This document shows positions 1-13,839 of a stretch of 64,000 bases of DNA, one piece after another. Both the position numbers and the translations under genes were made by a program. The notes beneath the pieces are model-generated. The model did no database searches, was not told the origin of the DNA, and worked only from the letters and a program-made list of their open reading frames with translations. Source of the stretch: Octopus vulgaris (taxonomy: Eukaryota); contig OX597819.1 in assembly GCA_951406725.2 (NCBI GenBank), positions 26,970,001-27,034,000 of the forward strand. The letters run 5' to 3'. Within the stretch, counting starts at the first letter, position 1; the number at the start of each line of letters is the position of its first letter.

Positions 1-3000
1 TACAAGATGTAACTCTTCATAATGTATAGAAACACACAAACAGTAAATATTTTGTTGTTTCCTGTAAGTCGATAAACCGACCAAATATTACATGTCATGT
101 GTGTGTATGTGTGTCTAACATTCGAGTTATCCGCCCAGTCTTTCACACTATGCTTAAGCTGATTCTTTCAGGTTCGATTTCGCGTTGCTCCAAATATAAA
201 CTTTTGACAGACAGATCTATGTACAGGTAATTAGATAATCTCTAGATAATGATGATGAAATCTGTTGTCTAAAAATTGAATTAACTTCTAAATTTGAGTC
301 GATTTTCCAACAGGTATTCTTACAACTAGTTGTTTATAGACTGCAGAAAGTTCCAGAATACAAAGCCAAGCAAAATTTTAAAAGTTAGTACCACAGAACA
401 GCAAACTATTTTTACAGACAAAAAGAACCCTGACAATGTAGCACTCACGCTAAAGAGACTGTATGTAAATCTACTAACTTTGTCATTTCAAAGTCGTACA
501 AAAGCAAAACGGGTGTTTGATATAACTTTGGTTATGATATTGAATAACGATTCTTTCGGTGGATTGAATCCATATTTAGTATGTATCAAACATGCTTCTC
601 TCCATTTCCAACTAAGCCCACAAGTAAAGTAATGAAACAGATAAAGGAAAGAGATAAAAGATTAAGCTGGCAGCTTTATTAAATCATTCCCTTTGATGGT
701 GGTTGATAGAGTGTTAATTTTGAAGATTCTAGGTTGCTATCATATTTACTAAACACTCAAATGAGAGATAATATTCTCTGCGGTTATGCTTTTACAGAGA
801 TGTTTTATTCCATTTGTTTACTTTGGTTGATGGAGAGAAGCGGCTTTATTTGATATTTGACTGAAACATTCTTTTGTGGTCAATGTTTGGAGTACCATTT
901 CTACATCTTTTTATTTCAAATTTAAAGTGCAAATTCGTTGCTTAATCTTTATTTTAGGCGTTTCAGTGAAATGCTCCTTAGTGAAAGAGTTGAGATTTTT
1001 AAAAATTCTGACATAAAGGAAACTAAATTTGTCTCATTATGTGTCTACATTTGGGGAACAAACCATGACTTCAGTACTCGTGATGAAGCTTTTAGCAGAT
1101 TTCCAGGTCTTCCGAGGTATGGTAATGTGAGGTACTTTTGGTGGTTTTGATGTCAGAGGTCTCATATTTTGTAGACTTAGCCTGTTAGCCCGATGCCACT
1201 GCTGTGAAATATTTTAGAAAGATTGTGTAATTTATGCTGGGAGTACCTCTATGTTAGAGTAAATTCAGACAGCTCAGAATTAACCCTTGTAAATTACTGT
1301 ATCAGAGTTCGATACGAGATTTCAACAAGTTGGTTTGCCTGGAGAGCGATTAGTGTAACGATTCGAGCCGGGACGTTAGACACAGAATATAGAAAGGGAA
1401 ATAAATTGTTATTGTCTTTGTTATGCAATTTCCAAACGAGGAGTCAGAACCGAAATGCTGAACTCCACTGTCTTCACGACAAATGAACATATACTGTAAT
1501 TTCCAGTCTAAGTCTCTGAATCATAATCAGTTAGAATACTCCTATTGTGGATGATGATAATACTAACCGTCTGTGGCTACAAATGTCATTAACACAGTTA
1601 TTTTGTCTGTTTAATATACTTTAAAGTTTATTGACGGGTTTAGGTATTCTGTAATAACTTTGATGTTTTTTAACCGTGTTTTCGATATTTTTTCTCAACA
1701 TTATTTTATACAAAAGAGAATACACATATAGCCAAGTATTTCTTTCTTTTATTTTCGAAGATGTTTACCATTACTTTGCCGTCTTTGTGAATATCAAACC
1801 ATGTGTTGATAAAAACAGACTTCTCATATTGGCTATTCTAGTTTAAGTATAGAATGAAAATATATTGAAAAGCAAATGTAGAATGGATGTGTCAGGGAAC
1901 GTAAATAGTTAACTCATTCATTTTTTTCTGTCGCAGTTAGAAACCTTTTTTTTTTTTGGTTTTGATTTGACTGTTTTTGCATTTTTCTGGGGTTTTTATT
2001 GTTACTGATATTTAGTTCAGGGGCCAGATGTGTTTATACATATATATGATGGAAAAAAGTTTTACGTTTTTCAAAAATCATGTCTACGACCACTATCGAT
2101 GAAGATATCACCTTGTCAAAGATGACTCGATGGAATTTGAGGGGCTCTATACCATTATTTCTGGCAAGATGAATTAACACACTGGGGCTACGACGTTGAT
2201 CCCAAACTAGAAGTTATGTTGCTTATCACGTTTGGTACACGAAGAATGTTTGGGTAGAAATTGTATGATTATTTCGTTAACATTTTCAGCATTAACGATT
2301 TAATAAAAAACGTTTACTTTAAATATTTGGTTGATATTTGAATTTATTTCGACAGACCATTTCCTTACTTAGCAAACATGTTATTACGTAGCAACAGAGA
2401 CAAGTATAAAGTTAATAACACTTCATGCACAGTCCATCATGGATGCAGGATTTGTATATTTATAATAATAAAATAATTGTTGCTGGGCCAACCTAAATAT
2501 TCATAAATCATCTTTTAGAATCCAAGAGAGATGCAATGTTTCAACGTCAGCCAGCTCTATATAGAGCAATTAAAAGAGGAAGAAGCTCTATTCAAAATCA
2601 GCTGCGAACTGCTTGAGGAGCCTCAACCTAATTAGAATGGAAGCAGGTATAGCACGCTTTCCTTGGTAGAGAGGAGAATCGTTCTAAAAAAAACTAACAC
2701 GATCTGGTTGCTTTCCTGAAGTCGAAAGAGCAAAAGATATGGATACTGTCCTCGTGAACGGAAATATGTTTTGGTAACATGGTCGTCCTCATATTTGGAA
2801 CAGAGAACAACAGACATGTACACACGTATACGCCCCCTTCCTCTCACTCATACACACGCACACACACATACATACACACACACATATAAAAAATTTCACC
2901 CTTCAGCCATGGCTGGCATCGATCCATGGGAGGAAGCTGTTCGTTTCCTGCCATAAAATGTAATAACTTTTCGTTACATTTCATTCCGGTCCCTTTTACT

Positions 3001-3020
3001 CGCATCAAATCATCAATGAA

Positions 3021-3066
<46 letters not shown>

Positions 3067-3194
3067 CTTTAGCATAAAGGAGATGCATTTCCGGTACGCA
3101 TGTCTTAGGAGTCGTCAATATTGCGAAGTATAATAGTCAACACGGAAGCATCGGTAACATTTTGATTAGTCCTATACTATAATCAGTATTATAT

Positions 3195-3485
3195 CGCTCG
3201 AACGATCGTAATGTCTTGAGTTCAATTACCGTCGGCACGTTGTGTCCTTGGGCAAGGCACTTTATTTTGCGTTGTCTTATACACTCACCAAGCAAAAATG
3301 TGCTGTACATGAGCTAGCAAAGTGTGGTGTACAATGGGCCAGCTCGGTGAATTGCGGTGAATCTCCCTGAGAACTACGTGTCTGTGGAGTGCTCAACCCC
3401 TTGCGCGCTAATTTCGCCAGCAAGGTTGCGTTGATGGAATCAATTGGAACATTCATATTCGCAACCGACGGAGTGTCCGGCAATA
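3195..3485 (+). mobile_element. Diverged SINE with family-D-like core and family-C-like tail
   Basis: ttgtgtccttgggcaaggcactttattt followed by gagaactacgtgtctgtggagtgctca...aaccgacggagtg. Confidence 0.65.
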
Positions 3486-4130
3486 AGTACATGTACATTC
3501 ATGTCTACATATGTGTATATGTGCAAATGTATATATATACATTGACACGGGGAGAAAACAGGGGTGAGGATAAGAGAGATGGTAAAGTGTGTGTTTGAGA
3601 CAAATGACTGTGCCGATAAAATTTAGCTTAAGACAAAGTTTAAATATATTCAATCTGATTTGTCACAGAATATATTAACTAAACTACTTCCTTGCTGGAG
3701 GAGAAAATATAATGTAAATTACAGATAACTAGAAAGAAATACAAAATAATGATCTTAATATAATTATAACAAAAAAACATAAAGCTATATATTTGCAAAA
3801 TGAGTCTCTCAAAACTGTTCATGTCTCCAATTACGTCGGCAATATCTCTAGAATTAAAGAAAAATATCGCTCTCTGTCTCTGATATTTCTTATCATCCAT
3901 TCTAATTATTTGTATTTGCAAGTCAATTCCTCTGACCCGATGCCATCAATTGTCATATTACGTGTACATGCTTACCCACCCACATGCAAAATCCTGCTCA
4001 TTTATCATTTTATGCGACATTTCTCATTCACGCTGTCAAACAAAAAGAAGCTTGTAGTTTTACGTAATGTATACCCATGTACGTATACACACAATCAGAT
4101 CGTGCATAGACTTATTTACAGAACAAAGCT

Positions 4131-4131
<1 letters not shown>

Positions 4132-4190
<59 letters not shown>

Positions 4191-4261
4191 GATAACAATA
4201 ATAACAACAACAACAATAATAATAATAATAATAATAACAATAACAATAACAACAACAAAAA

Positions 4262-4292
<31 letters not shown>

Positions 4293-4368
4293 AACAATAA
4301 CAACAGCAACAATAATAATAATAATAAAAATAATAATAACAACAACAATAATAGTAATAGTAATAATG

Positions 4369-4418
<50 letters not shown>
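4132..4418. repeat. (TAA/CAA/GAA)n compound microsatellite
   Basis: Read directly from the sequence. Confidence 0.95.
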
Positions 4419-4420
<2 letters not shown>

Positions 4421-4954
4421 AAAGGTTTAACATCATGATTCGTTGATGTACAGAAAAACTATATATTTTTACTTTACTACATATATATATTCATCATATA
4501 CCCATACACACGCCTACTTGGTATATTTCCGTGTGTATGTGTGTGTGTGTGTGTGTGTGTTTTTCTCTATTATATACACGCATCAACAAAACGTCACTGT
4601 AAATAAAATAAAAGAAACGGAAAGAAATCTTCTGCACACATCTATATACGTCATCATACAACAATACCATCACAGGTCCTGTAGGGGATATAAGCAACAC
4701 AGTTCTTTGTTGCTTGTTTTGTTTTGTTTTGTTTTTTGTTTTTTTTTCTTGATGTGTTGTTTGCGTTTTTCTTGTAGATTAATATTACAACGAAACCTAC
4801 TCTCACATTGGAAAACGTATGTGCACCATTTGTGTGTAAGCGTGTGTGTGTATATGTGTATCTGAGTGTATGTAAGTGTTTGCAAATATGCGTGAAAAGG
4901 TTATGCAAATTTTCACAAATGTACGCGTATACATACATTCTTGCACACACGCAC

Positions 4955-4955
<1 letters not shown>

Positions 4956-5030
<75 letters not shown>

Positions 5031-5082
5031 TATATATAATATAAATATATATAATATAATATATATAATATATATATATATA

Positions 5083-5142
<60 letters not shown>

Positions 5143-5154
5143 TATATATATATA

Positions 5155-5219
<65 letters not shown>

Positions 5220-5285
5220 ATATATATATATATATATACATATATATGTATATGTATATACGTGTGTGTATGTATGTATGTATGC
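4956..5285. repeat. (TA)n microsatellite
   Basis: Read directly from the sequence. Confidence 0.95.
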
Positions 5286-5844
5286 ATGTATTCATATGTG
5301 TACCCACGCAGATTGAAACAAACACGCACAAAACAAACTTCTGCTCATTATATTTCCTATTTAGCTGATAACTACGTATTTTGCTTGTGTCAGACTTTTC
5401 GAATCAGATTGGAACAAAGAAGTTAAAATTTCTCGAGCTATCGAGTGAATCTCGACTAGTTAGAAATAACACTCAAATTTCCTTCAAATTGGACAATAGT
5501 GTCGAGGTATTTTTTTTTAAAAGCTAGGAGACACTGGACGATTTTGATACACTATGGTTGAAAAAAGATGAAAACGGAATGGTCAGTTAGAATGGTTTTC
5601 GTTTGGTGGATTGAATCTAGCTTTACAATAAAATAAAAACAATAACATATGTTTATGAGATGTTCGACTACATTTCATTTTTGCTTTTGGTTCATTTGTG
5701 CGTATGCGTATATATATAATAATAATAATAATAATGATGATGATGATGATGATGATAACAGGCTAATAAAGATTTTAGAAATTTTTACTACCAGTGGCCT
5801 AGCGCGTAGAAAAATTAGTCAATAGACTATATATTATTCATATA

Positions 5845-6132
5845 AATACAGTGTACATTTAAACTCATAAGAGGTATCCATCATAGGATTCTTGGCACGC
5901 TAGAAGGAACAGCCAAAATCCAAACCACTATTAGGGATAAAACCTCCAAGGGAACGAAAAATAAAAATAAAAAAAATTACCATCTATCTCCTATAAATGG
6001 TAAATATTTTTTTTATTTTTCATTCCCTTCGAAATGTTATCCCTAATAGTGGTTTGGACTTTGGCTGTTCCTTCTAGCATACCAAGAATCCTCTGACGGA
6101 TATCCCTTATGTGTTTAAATGTACCCTGTATT
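5845..6132. repeat. Fold-back inverted repeat (~140-bp arms, loop near 5990)
   Basis: aatacagtgtacatttaaac...ccactattagggataa...ttaccatctat pairs with ataaatggtaa...ttatccctaatagtgg...gtttaaatgtaccctgtatt. TA-rich flanks. Confidence 0.88.
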
Positions 6133-6259
6133 CATATATATATATATATATGTGTGTGTGAAGTCGAAGATACTTCTGTACCACAGAACAATCACACATC
6201 TACTACAGCCTTGGTAGGAAAAGTTCCATCGAACACACACACACACACAAACATATATA

Positions 6260-6547
6260 TCTTTATATATAAAAGTGAAGTTGTGTGTCTGTCTCCTACG
6301 ATTTAGATTCCTAACTACTCCCACATTTTGCGATGCAGTTTAACCAAAAGCGGGTATCCTATAGTCGTGATTCATATCGAGCCCTTCTGGGTATTAGCGC
6401 GCGTCTACGATTTAAAAAAAAATTTACCATAATTTTTCCGCATTTTTAAAGCATTTTCGCTCGGTTTATATCAGGGAAGTAACTCTCTATAAATGCTTAT
6501 GTAGTTATTTCCCTTACAAACCCGAGCAACCCCGTGCGATACTGCTA

Positions 6548-6548
<1 letters not shown>
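6260..6548 (+). mobile_element. Non-autonomous Helitron
   Basis: A|TC start, subterminal cccgagcaaccccgtg hairpin, CTAG|T end. Near-identical copy at 51771-52061. Confidence 0.8.
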
Positions 6549-6586
<38 letters not shown>

Positions 6587-7077
6587 TATATTATTCTGTT
6601 TCTAGAGCTCGCACTAAGTGTTCATCCGGTACATGTTTAGCATGTTTTTAACTCAATTAATCAAGCACATGCTCACACACATATACGGCGTGCTTCCACA
6701 CGGTTCTTCTCTACCTACTTTCATTTGAGGAGTATTGATCAACGCAAAAGTATGGCCGAAGATATGTGCAGTGGAATCGAAACCGAAATATGTTAGTTCT
6801 AAAGAAATTAACCATAGACCTATGAGAGCGCGCCTATGCCTCACTTGGTGCAATTATTCTGCTTATTTTATAGTCAGACTTAGATATTCAGTGGTTATTC
6901 ACACGCTATATAGCACACCATCCACCGAGAAATTTATCTGTCTACCATCTAGCAATGTTATGTATACGTATGTATGTGTTTATGTGTGCATATGTGTAGA
7001 TATGTAAAGTTAACCTTAGTGTTACGGTTTCCTATGGTTCTTTATCATTTATGAATGCATACAATAGAGAGCGTATC

Positions 7078-7097
7078 TATATATGCATGTGTGTCTA

Positions 7098-7140
<43 letters not shown>

Positions 7141-7600
7141 GCATATTTATATGGATACATATATGCATATATATGGATATATATGTATGCATATATATAT
7201 GGATATATATACATATTTATGTTGTGTATATATACATATATATATATAGGTATGTATATACATATATGGATATATACATAAATATGCATATATATATATA
7301 TATATGTATGCATATTTATGAATATATCCATATATGTATATGCATATATATATGTGTGTGTGTGTGCGTGTATGTGTGTGTGTATATGTATGTATGTGTA
7401 TATATATATGTATGTATGTGTGTATATATATATATGCATATACATATATGGATATATATATATCTACATATATGCATGTATATATATATACATATATATA
7501 TGTATATATATTTATGTATACATATATATGTGTGTGTGTGTGTGCGCGTGTGTGTATGTATATATGATGTTTGTGTAAGTGTATATGAATGTGCATGCGT
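7078..7600. repeat. Degenerate (TA/TG)n tract
   Basis: Read directly from the sequence. Confidence 0.92.
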
Positions 7601-7765
7601 TGCGTGTGAGTATGGATGTGTTCACATTATCGTCTGCATAATTCTAGATAACATTTGCAGCTATTTTACCATAAAATATTCACTCAGGTAATTGATAACA
7701 AATTGCAGATATATAATTCAGTGATCCAAAGATTCCGTAATTCACTTTCTAACTTTGTCTTCCAG

Positions 7766-7801
7766 CTGGCACAGGACGTAATTACAGCTCTAAGAGATGA
7801 G
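7766..7801 (+). CDS. BAIAP3: BAIAP3/Munc13-4-like gene, internal exon (LAQDVITALRDE)
   Basis: Acceptor ctaactttgtcttccag with a branch-like CTAAC, donor GAG|gtaagt. 36 nt, phase 0, joins in frame to the 11063 exon. Homology alone is weak because the exon is short, and the 5' boundary could lie further upstream (7661 or 7688, same frame). Confidence 0.6.
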
Positions 7802-9860
7802 GTAAGTATTCGGATTTTTGTCTTTATAATTCAGTCATTCAATCATTTGTTATTCATATATTTGGTTTCACCAATTTCACAGTTCTAATCAACAATGTTT
7901 CCAATTACTCCCAGCATTTCAGTCCTGTTCTCGAAGTCGATAGACAATGGCATTTCTGTTAATTTGAGGTTAATTTGCCTTTTGTTATTTGTTATTTATC
8001 TTATTTCATTTTCTGTTTATGATTGGACATAGCAACTGTCTAGCAAATGTGCTCGTGTCGCAGCTGTTTTAATGTATACGAATGTATGACTCTTTTCTTA
8101 GCAATAGTACACGGACGTGAAGTATGAAAACCTAAGAGAGATAGAAGCAAATGGAAGTTAGCCGTTTGTTGTATGTGTTCTATTGAATGTCGATACTCTG
8201 TACACTCGTGAAGTGAGAAAAAATACGATAGAACTTTTAAGAAGTAGCACAATTATTGTTTGAATCAATGATCTTCATTTCACGAAGGGATATTTACTTC
8301 TAGACTAACTAAGCCCATAGCAAATACTGCTTCCCCTCCCACTGGCCTCCCGTTTCTCTAAGACGTTGTAAAATATGTTTAATTCTCACCAGCTCAGTCC
8401 ACTTAATTCTATATAAGAAAATTGTCCAGCATCTAACTGCTAAATGTCTAATGCACTTATGTGTATTTGTGTGTTTAATTTATTTGTGTCTAGTAAATTC
8501 AATACTTTCATTAGAGAGATATTGTCTAGTCAAATTGGTCTAAGACAAAGCTCTTCAGAAAACAGCTGGTCGTTTGTTGCGGGACACGGATTGTATTCGT
8601 TGTAAGAGAGCTGTAGCCAATAACAGCAACACAAATTCACAACGTGTGTCCATTATTCCGGTAACTTCCTCACTCTTTTTACATTATGTAAATCTTCGTA
8701 TTTCGTCCTGCCATCTTAAAAAAGAAGGGATATTCACACTTGGTGATGTAGTCTTTGATACACAATGTATAACAAAAGAAAAACTTGGTACTCATGACTG
8801 GGTCGCCTTTTAACCATGACAGATGAGTCAGGACAGATTAGGACCTAAGCAATAATAACCCTTTCGTACTAGAAATAGTAGCCAAATCTTCCTTCAGTCA
8901 TAATCTGCCGGTTTATTTAAAGGATAAACACAACAGAGCCTAATGGTTAGACAAATATATTCTGATGTATGTAAAAAGAATGTACGATCATGGCTGCAAC
9001 GCCTTTGTTCGTAGGCTTGAAGAACAACATTTATAAAAACATAATTTACATACTAACCCTATAAGTTTCGCCTGACGGTCAATTCAATTGGTTGAACCAG
9101 TTGTCAGGCGAAACTTAAAGTACCAGTCAACACCAATTTCATTTGACTCCAGTCTCAATTTTGAACTTCACTATAAGTAAATGTCCCGGTGTTATTTTTA
9201 AAAATGCCTTCACATAATAACCTCAACTTAAAATTTACGAAGACGAAAGAATCTTTTATTTTGTTAGTGAAATAGGATATTTATCTTCAAAATTTGCTGT
9301 TAAACCGAAAGTTTTCTTCTTGTGAGACCACAAATTGGATTTCGCGCGATAATATTTTGAAAGCGTTTCATCATAACTCTGCAATGATCATAACTCAGCT
9401 TCGGCTAAAAGAAAACAATAACAACAAATATCAAAGATATATCGAAATATTTCTTTTTCAACGGTGGAACTCGAAATAGATGAAGCATTAAATATGGTTT
9501 AAATACTGGTTAAAAAAATCCTTTGGGTAGAAAAAGTTGAAGGTTACCAGTAGGTTTTATCTACTTCAGGAAGCGGGCGAGGGCTACCGTTAAAAACGAA
9601 TTATTTCACGTCTCTCAAATTTTCTAAACTCATATGAAGTAAATATCGAAACGTCCCTTTTCTATTTATTTATTATTTTTTTTGCCGGGCACTTGAAGCT
9701 TGAGATGTAGGAAATAGACACATATGGAGTTATTTCTATGTGATATAACTGTACATAAATTACAGCCACATCTTCAATAGAAGACAAAGTTAAGACTCTT
9801 TTTTTCTACTTCAGAATGGAGCATTATTACGTTACTTACATAGATGTAAAATTCCATCGT

Positions 9861-10081
9861 CCCGGGGCCCCGTCCGGTCGAGAGGCAGTCACAACACGAA
9901 AACGCTGTCCGCCGCGGCCGTTGGCTGCGGAGGAGAGTCGGGAGTCGCAAGAAAGGGCGGCGCTCGCCGGGGAGGTGGCGGAAGGAGGAACGCCCTCGTT
10001 CTCGCTCCTTCTGCTTCCTCCGGCCCGATTAGCGCGCGAGCCGCCGCCGCTCGATCCTCCGTCTCCCGCAATGCCAGACCG
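9861..10081. other. GC-rich insertion of unknown origin with a 7-bp TSD (ccatcgt)
   Basis: Abrupt GC/CpG-rich block in an AT-rich intron, bounded by ccatcgt at 9854-9860 and 10082-10088. Confidence 0.7.
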
Positions 10082-10169
10082 CCATCGTTGCGAAGTTATT
10101 GCATTGCATTTTCTTAGAAACTGAAAGGAATCTTTCGATCATAACAGAAAATTTTCTTTTAATTTAAAT

Positions 10170-10437
10170 AGAAAGAAGCCTGTCGTATATATGTATATAT
10201 ATATTTATGTGTGTATGTGTGTGTATGTTTGTGTGTCTGTGTTTGTCCCCCTAGCATTGCTTGACAACCGATGCTGGTGTGCTTATGTCCCTGTCACTTA
10301 GCGGCTTGGCAAAAGAGACCGATAGAATAAGTACTGGGCTTACAAAGAATAAGTCCCGGGGTCGATTTGCTCGACTAAAAGGCAGTGCTCCAGCATGGCG
10401 CAGTCGAATGACTGAAACAAGTAAAAGAGAGTAAGAC
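10170..10437 (+). mobile_element. SINE family A, 5'-truncated
   Basis: Matches the 3' two-thirds of the 13836 copy. Confidence 0.85.
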
Positions 10438-11062
10438 ATTCATTTTAAAAAAGAAAACATTCGCACCAAGCAGCAAATTTTCAAAGATCCCATTATACAA
10501 GTTCATTCCACCCTGAGTAGAAGCGAAAAGGTAAGGACCGGTATCTTATCGTCCAGGAACTCAGATTTTATAACCGGTTTCCCAGCGTCCACAGAACAGA
10601 ACATTTCATTCAATGCGGTTCGTTTCATCCCTTCTTCTCCTCAATTTAACGCAACAGTAACCGGGGATATAGTTTCCTTCTTCAGTGTACCGAATGTTTA
10701 GGAAAGATTGATTTAATCCTTTTATCAATTGCTTTGATGATGCTACTTTGTAAGTTCACTATCTACATCAAGAATCAAAATTGAAAAGTCAGTCGGAAAC
10801 AAGTATACGCTTAGCTACAAACGTTCTGGTATACCGTTTCTTATTTCCTATCCATTCTATATTTGTCTTTTCTTATTTGTGCCATACGCTTTAGATGTCT
10901 CTCTCATATTTTCCTGTTTCAGATTGTATGTTTCTTATTACTGCTACTGTTTTTCCCCTTAATTCTATCTATTCTTTTCTTCTGTCTCTACTATCCCAAA
11001 TAACTACTGACACGTACTTACATTCGACACTATTTTCATGGGTTGCTTTTCCTTTCTTTTAG

Positions 11063-11214
11063 GTTGGAGATGATCTGAAAATAGGAAACCTAGAATATGA
11101 AGAAGTCAAATACCAAGTGACCAGCGTCGCTTCATCTGAGATCGGCACATCACTTTTCGAATTTTACTTGGAACTTCAAGAATTCTGCAAGTTCAAACGA
11201 TTAATTACAGAAAC
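11063..11214 (+). CDS. BAIAP3: BAIAP3-like exon, MUN domain (VGDDLK...SSEIGTSLFEFYLELQEFCKFKRLITE)
   Basis: Acceptor ttcctttcttttag, donor AC|gtacat, ends in phase 2 matching the next exon. SLFEFYLELQEF resembles the LFELYLTL (BAIAP3) and LFQLYISLKEL (UNC13D) segment as recalled. Confidence 0.9.
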
Positions 11215-11226
11215 GTACATATTCTC

Positions 11227-11273
11227 TATTATTGTTATTGTTATTATTATTGTTGTTGTTGTTGTTGTTGTTG

Positions 11274-11337
<64 letters not shown>

Positions 11338-11345
11338 TATTATTA

Positions 11346-11403
<58 letters not shown>
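11227..11403. repeat. (TTA/TTG)n microsatellite immediately after an exon donor
   Basis: Read directly from the sequence. Confidence 0.95.
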
Positions 11404-11939
11404 GAAAGTAGGAAAACAAGGGGAAATAAAGAAAAGTTCTAACAATTCAGAAAGGTTTGCAAAAATTTTTATATTTCAGGCGCGAAATTGATCTTCAGAA
11501 GAAAACAATCCCAGAAATGTCTAGTTACATCGTATCAAGGAAGCTATATTGATCCACCGCCTCAGCCCAAAAATTAACAGTCTATCGAAGATGGGGCCGG
11601 TGGCTCCAACATCATCACAAATGCCACCAACATCATCTTCCACCACCACGACCACCACCACCACCACGTGAAAATACATCACAACTACCAACAGTTGGAA
11701 AGTTCTTGTTACTGCTGCTTACCCAAATGCCGTGCTGTTTAAAATAAAATAATGAAATCGATGCGACTAGATATTTCTCGGACAGCTTGCTTCTGAAGAT
11801 AGCCACTTGCATCTGATATATAAAAGTTTTTGTAAAACTTTCTGTATTGTTAGAAGCTTTCTTTGTTTCCTTTTTTTTTTTTTCATTTTTCTACTTTTGT
11901 ACTACAATGCTTCAAGCGAACTACAACGCTCTAATTATT

Positions 11940-11976
<37 letters not shown>

Positions 11977-13802
11977 CAGGAGAGGCATCTTTCATTGCAA
12001 TCTTTTTCTGCACACCTGAGCTCAGCACCGTGGCCCTCGGCTCCATTTTTCGTTTTGTTTACATTTTGTCGATGTATTGACGTGTATGTCATATTTTGTA
12101 AAGTGTTTGTCTGCAAAGAATTTTTTTTTTATCATTCCTAAGTCTTATACTATTCTGAGGACTCTTTCGGTTTTAAATCCCAACTTTCTGATTATCTGTA
12201 ATTTTAGATTCTTTATATTTATATACTTTCTTAGATAATTTCTTTTGGAGAAATATCTTCGCTACTTCGAATTGATACATCGATTACAAGTCGTCGTTTC
12301 CTTTCCGAGTCGTATTGACAATGATATCTCAACGTCTGCATTAATCTGTTTGTCTCTAAGAATTGACATGTTCCAGTGTACGGTCTCTTTATCATTCTCT
12401 GAGATTTTTACGTAGTATTTTTAGACCATTTCCCTTCTGTGATTATTTCATAACGCTAGCGTAGATTGGTTGTATGAAAGTTCTAACACTATCGTGCTTA
12501 TAAATGTATTATTTCATGGTTAGAATAGGGAAGCCAGTGTTTCTATCCAATCTCTAAAGCGTCTGCAGTCAATTTTCTCTTTTTGTTTTCTGTTTCAATG
12601 ATTTTAGCATTTTCTGGTGAGAACCTTTTGACCTTGTTTTGTGATCAAACGTTTGTCGCAGGTTTGACTTTCCGCTTCGTACCGTTTTTCACTGTCCACT
12701 TTAGGCTTTGTTCAGTATTATCGGGCAACGTCCATAAAGAAGATTTGCTTAACAACGTTACATCATGACTGCGACATTTTTTAAACTTCCGTATTCGTTT
12801 TTGTTTCTCCCCCACAGCTATCTTTGCTAAGAACGAAGTTTCGTTTTGATTTCCGTTCCTCTGGAATTAATGAATTAAATACCACTCAATATTGGGATCG
12901 GTTTAGCTGCTACGAAGTTAAGAAAGGATTTCAGTAAATATTAATCTGCTCCAAACTCAAAATAATATAAAATCTATAACAGATGTTAAGATTAACTAGA
13001 CCAGCTCAGTAGATTTGCATCTGAGCACTCAGAGAAAATGTTTGGGGAAGGCTATTATTTTTCACTGGACTGAGAGTTCTGTTGAAGAACTCGTAGTTTA
13101 GTTTGTCAGGACTGCTTCCAAGTGATTAGAAAAAAGAATAAAATAAGATCAGGGCCACTAACTTCACTCAGTAGAAAACAGGATTAAGCAGATTGAAAGA
13201 TAAGGTTTCGAAAGTTTTTGTTTTTTTTCGAAGGATCCTTTTTCGGAATTACAGATAATTTCCAAATGTCTTTCTTTCAAGTAAGACTAATTAAACTGGA
13301 GTATTATCTAACTGTAATAAGCTTGAAAGACATGGTGTTATAGTACGCATAGTTGTGGCATTATGGAGAACGGTTGTTATCGAGTATAAGATGCCCAGTG
13401 CTCCGATATCATATGAGCCCATGCTGAAAATTGAGGGTCAATTAACAGTGGTGGAGGTTGAAAGGCCTAAATAAAGAGTTTTTTATGATACCTAATAATC
13501 TGAGGGCAAAATTTAGTAACAGCCTGTCGTTGCAGGATGTGTTTGATGTCTCAGTAGGCTTTTAATTTTGGTTGTGTTTTTTTTTTTATAAATAAAGAAA
13601 TAAATGGTGAGATAGATGGGTTCCACATCCCCCAAAATATGTGGATTATGATTTACGAAATGCAATGTACTCCATTAACGAGGCCTTCCATAGGAGTATG
13701 AGAGGATTTGTCACAGCTGTTGTAGCATCATTGATTCTATGCTGACTTTAATGAACATCGAAGGATTCAGTTTCTCTCTCTCTTTCCCTCTCCATCTCTC
13801 TC

Positions 13803-13835
<33 letters not shown>

Positions 13836-13839
<4 letters not shown>

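Noticed and set aside
4778-4816. Candidate upstream exon (ag|[13 protein letters not shown]|gt)
   Set aside because: It has plausible splice sites and phase but no convincing similarity to the family; RNA evidence is needed.
3793-5331. Long ORFs of 100-225 aa (poly-I, YIYI...), also at 7083, 16289, 17623, 36226 and 49729
   Set aside because: They are translations of microsatellites with no protein signal.
9816-10124. 102-aa ORF over the GC-rich block
   Set aside because: Several frames are open simply because of GC content, and there is no recognisable domain.
12480-12790. Minus-strand GIY-YIG-like remnant (NVVKQI...FSPENAKIIETENKR)
   Set aside because: Too decayed to support without a profile search.
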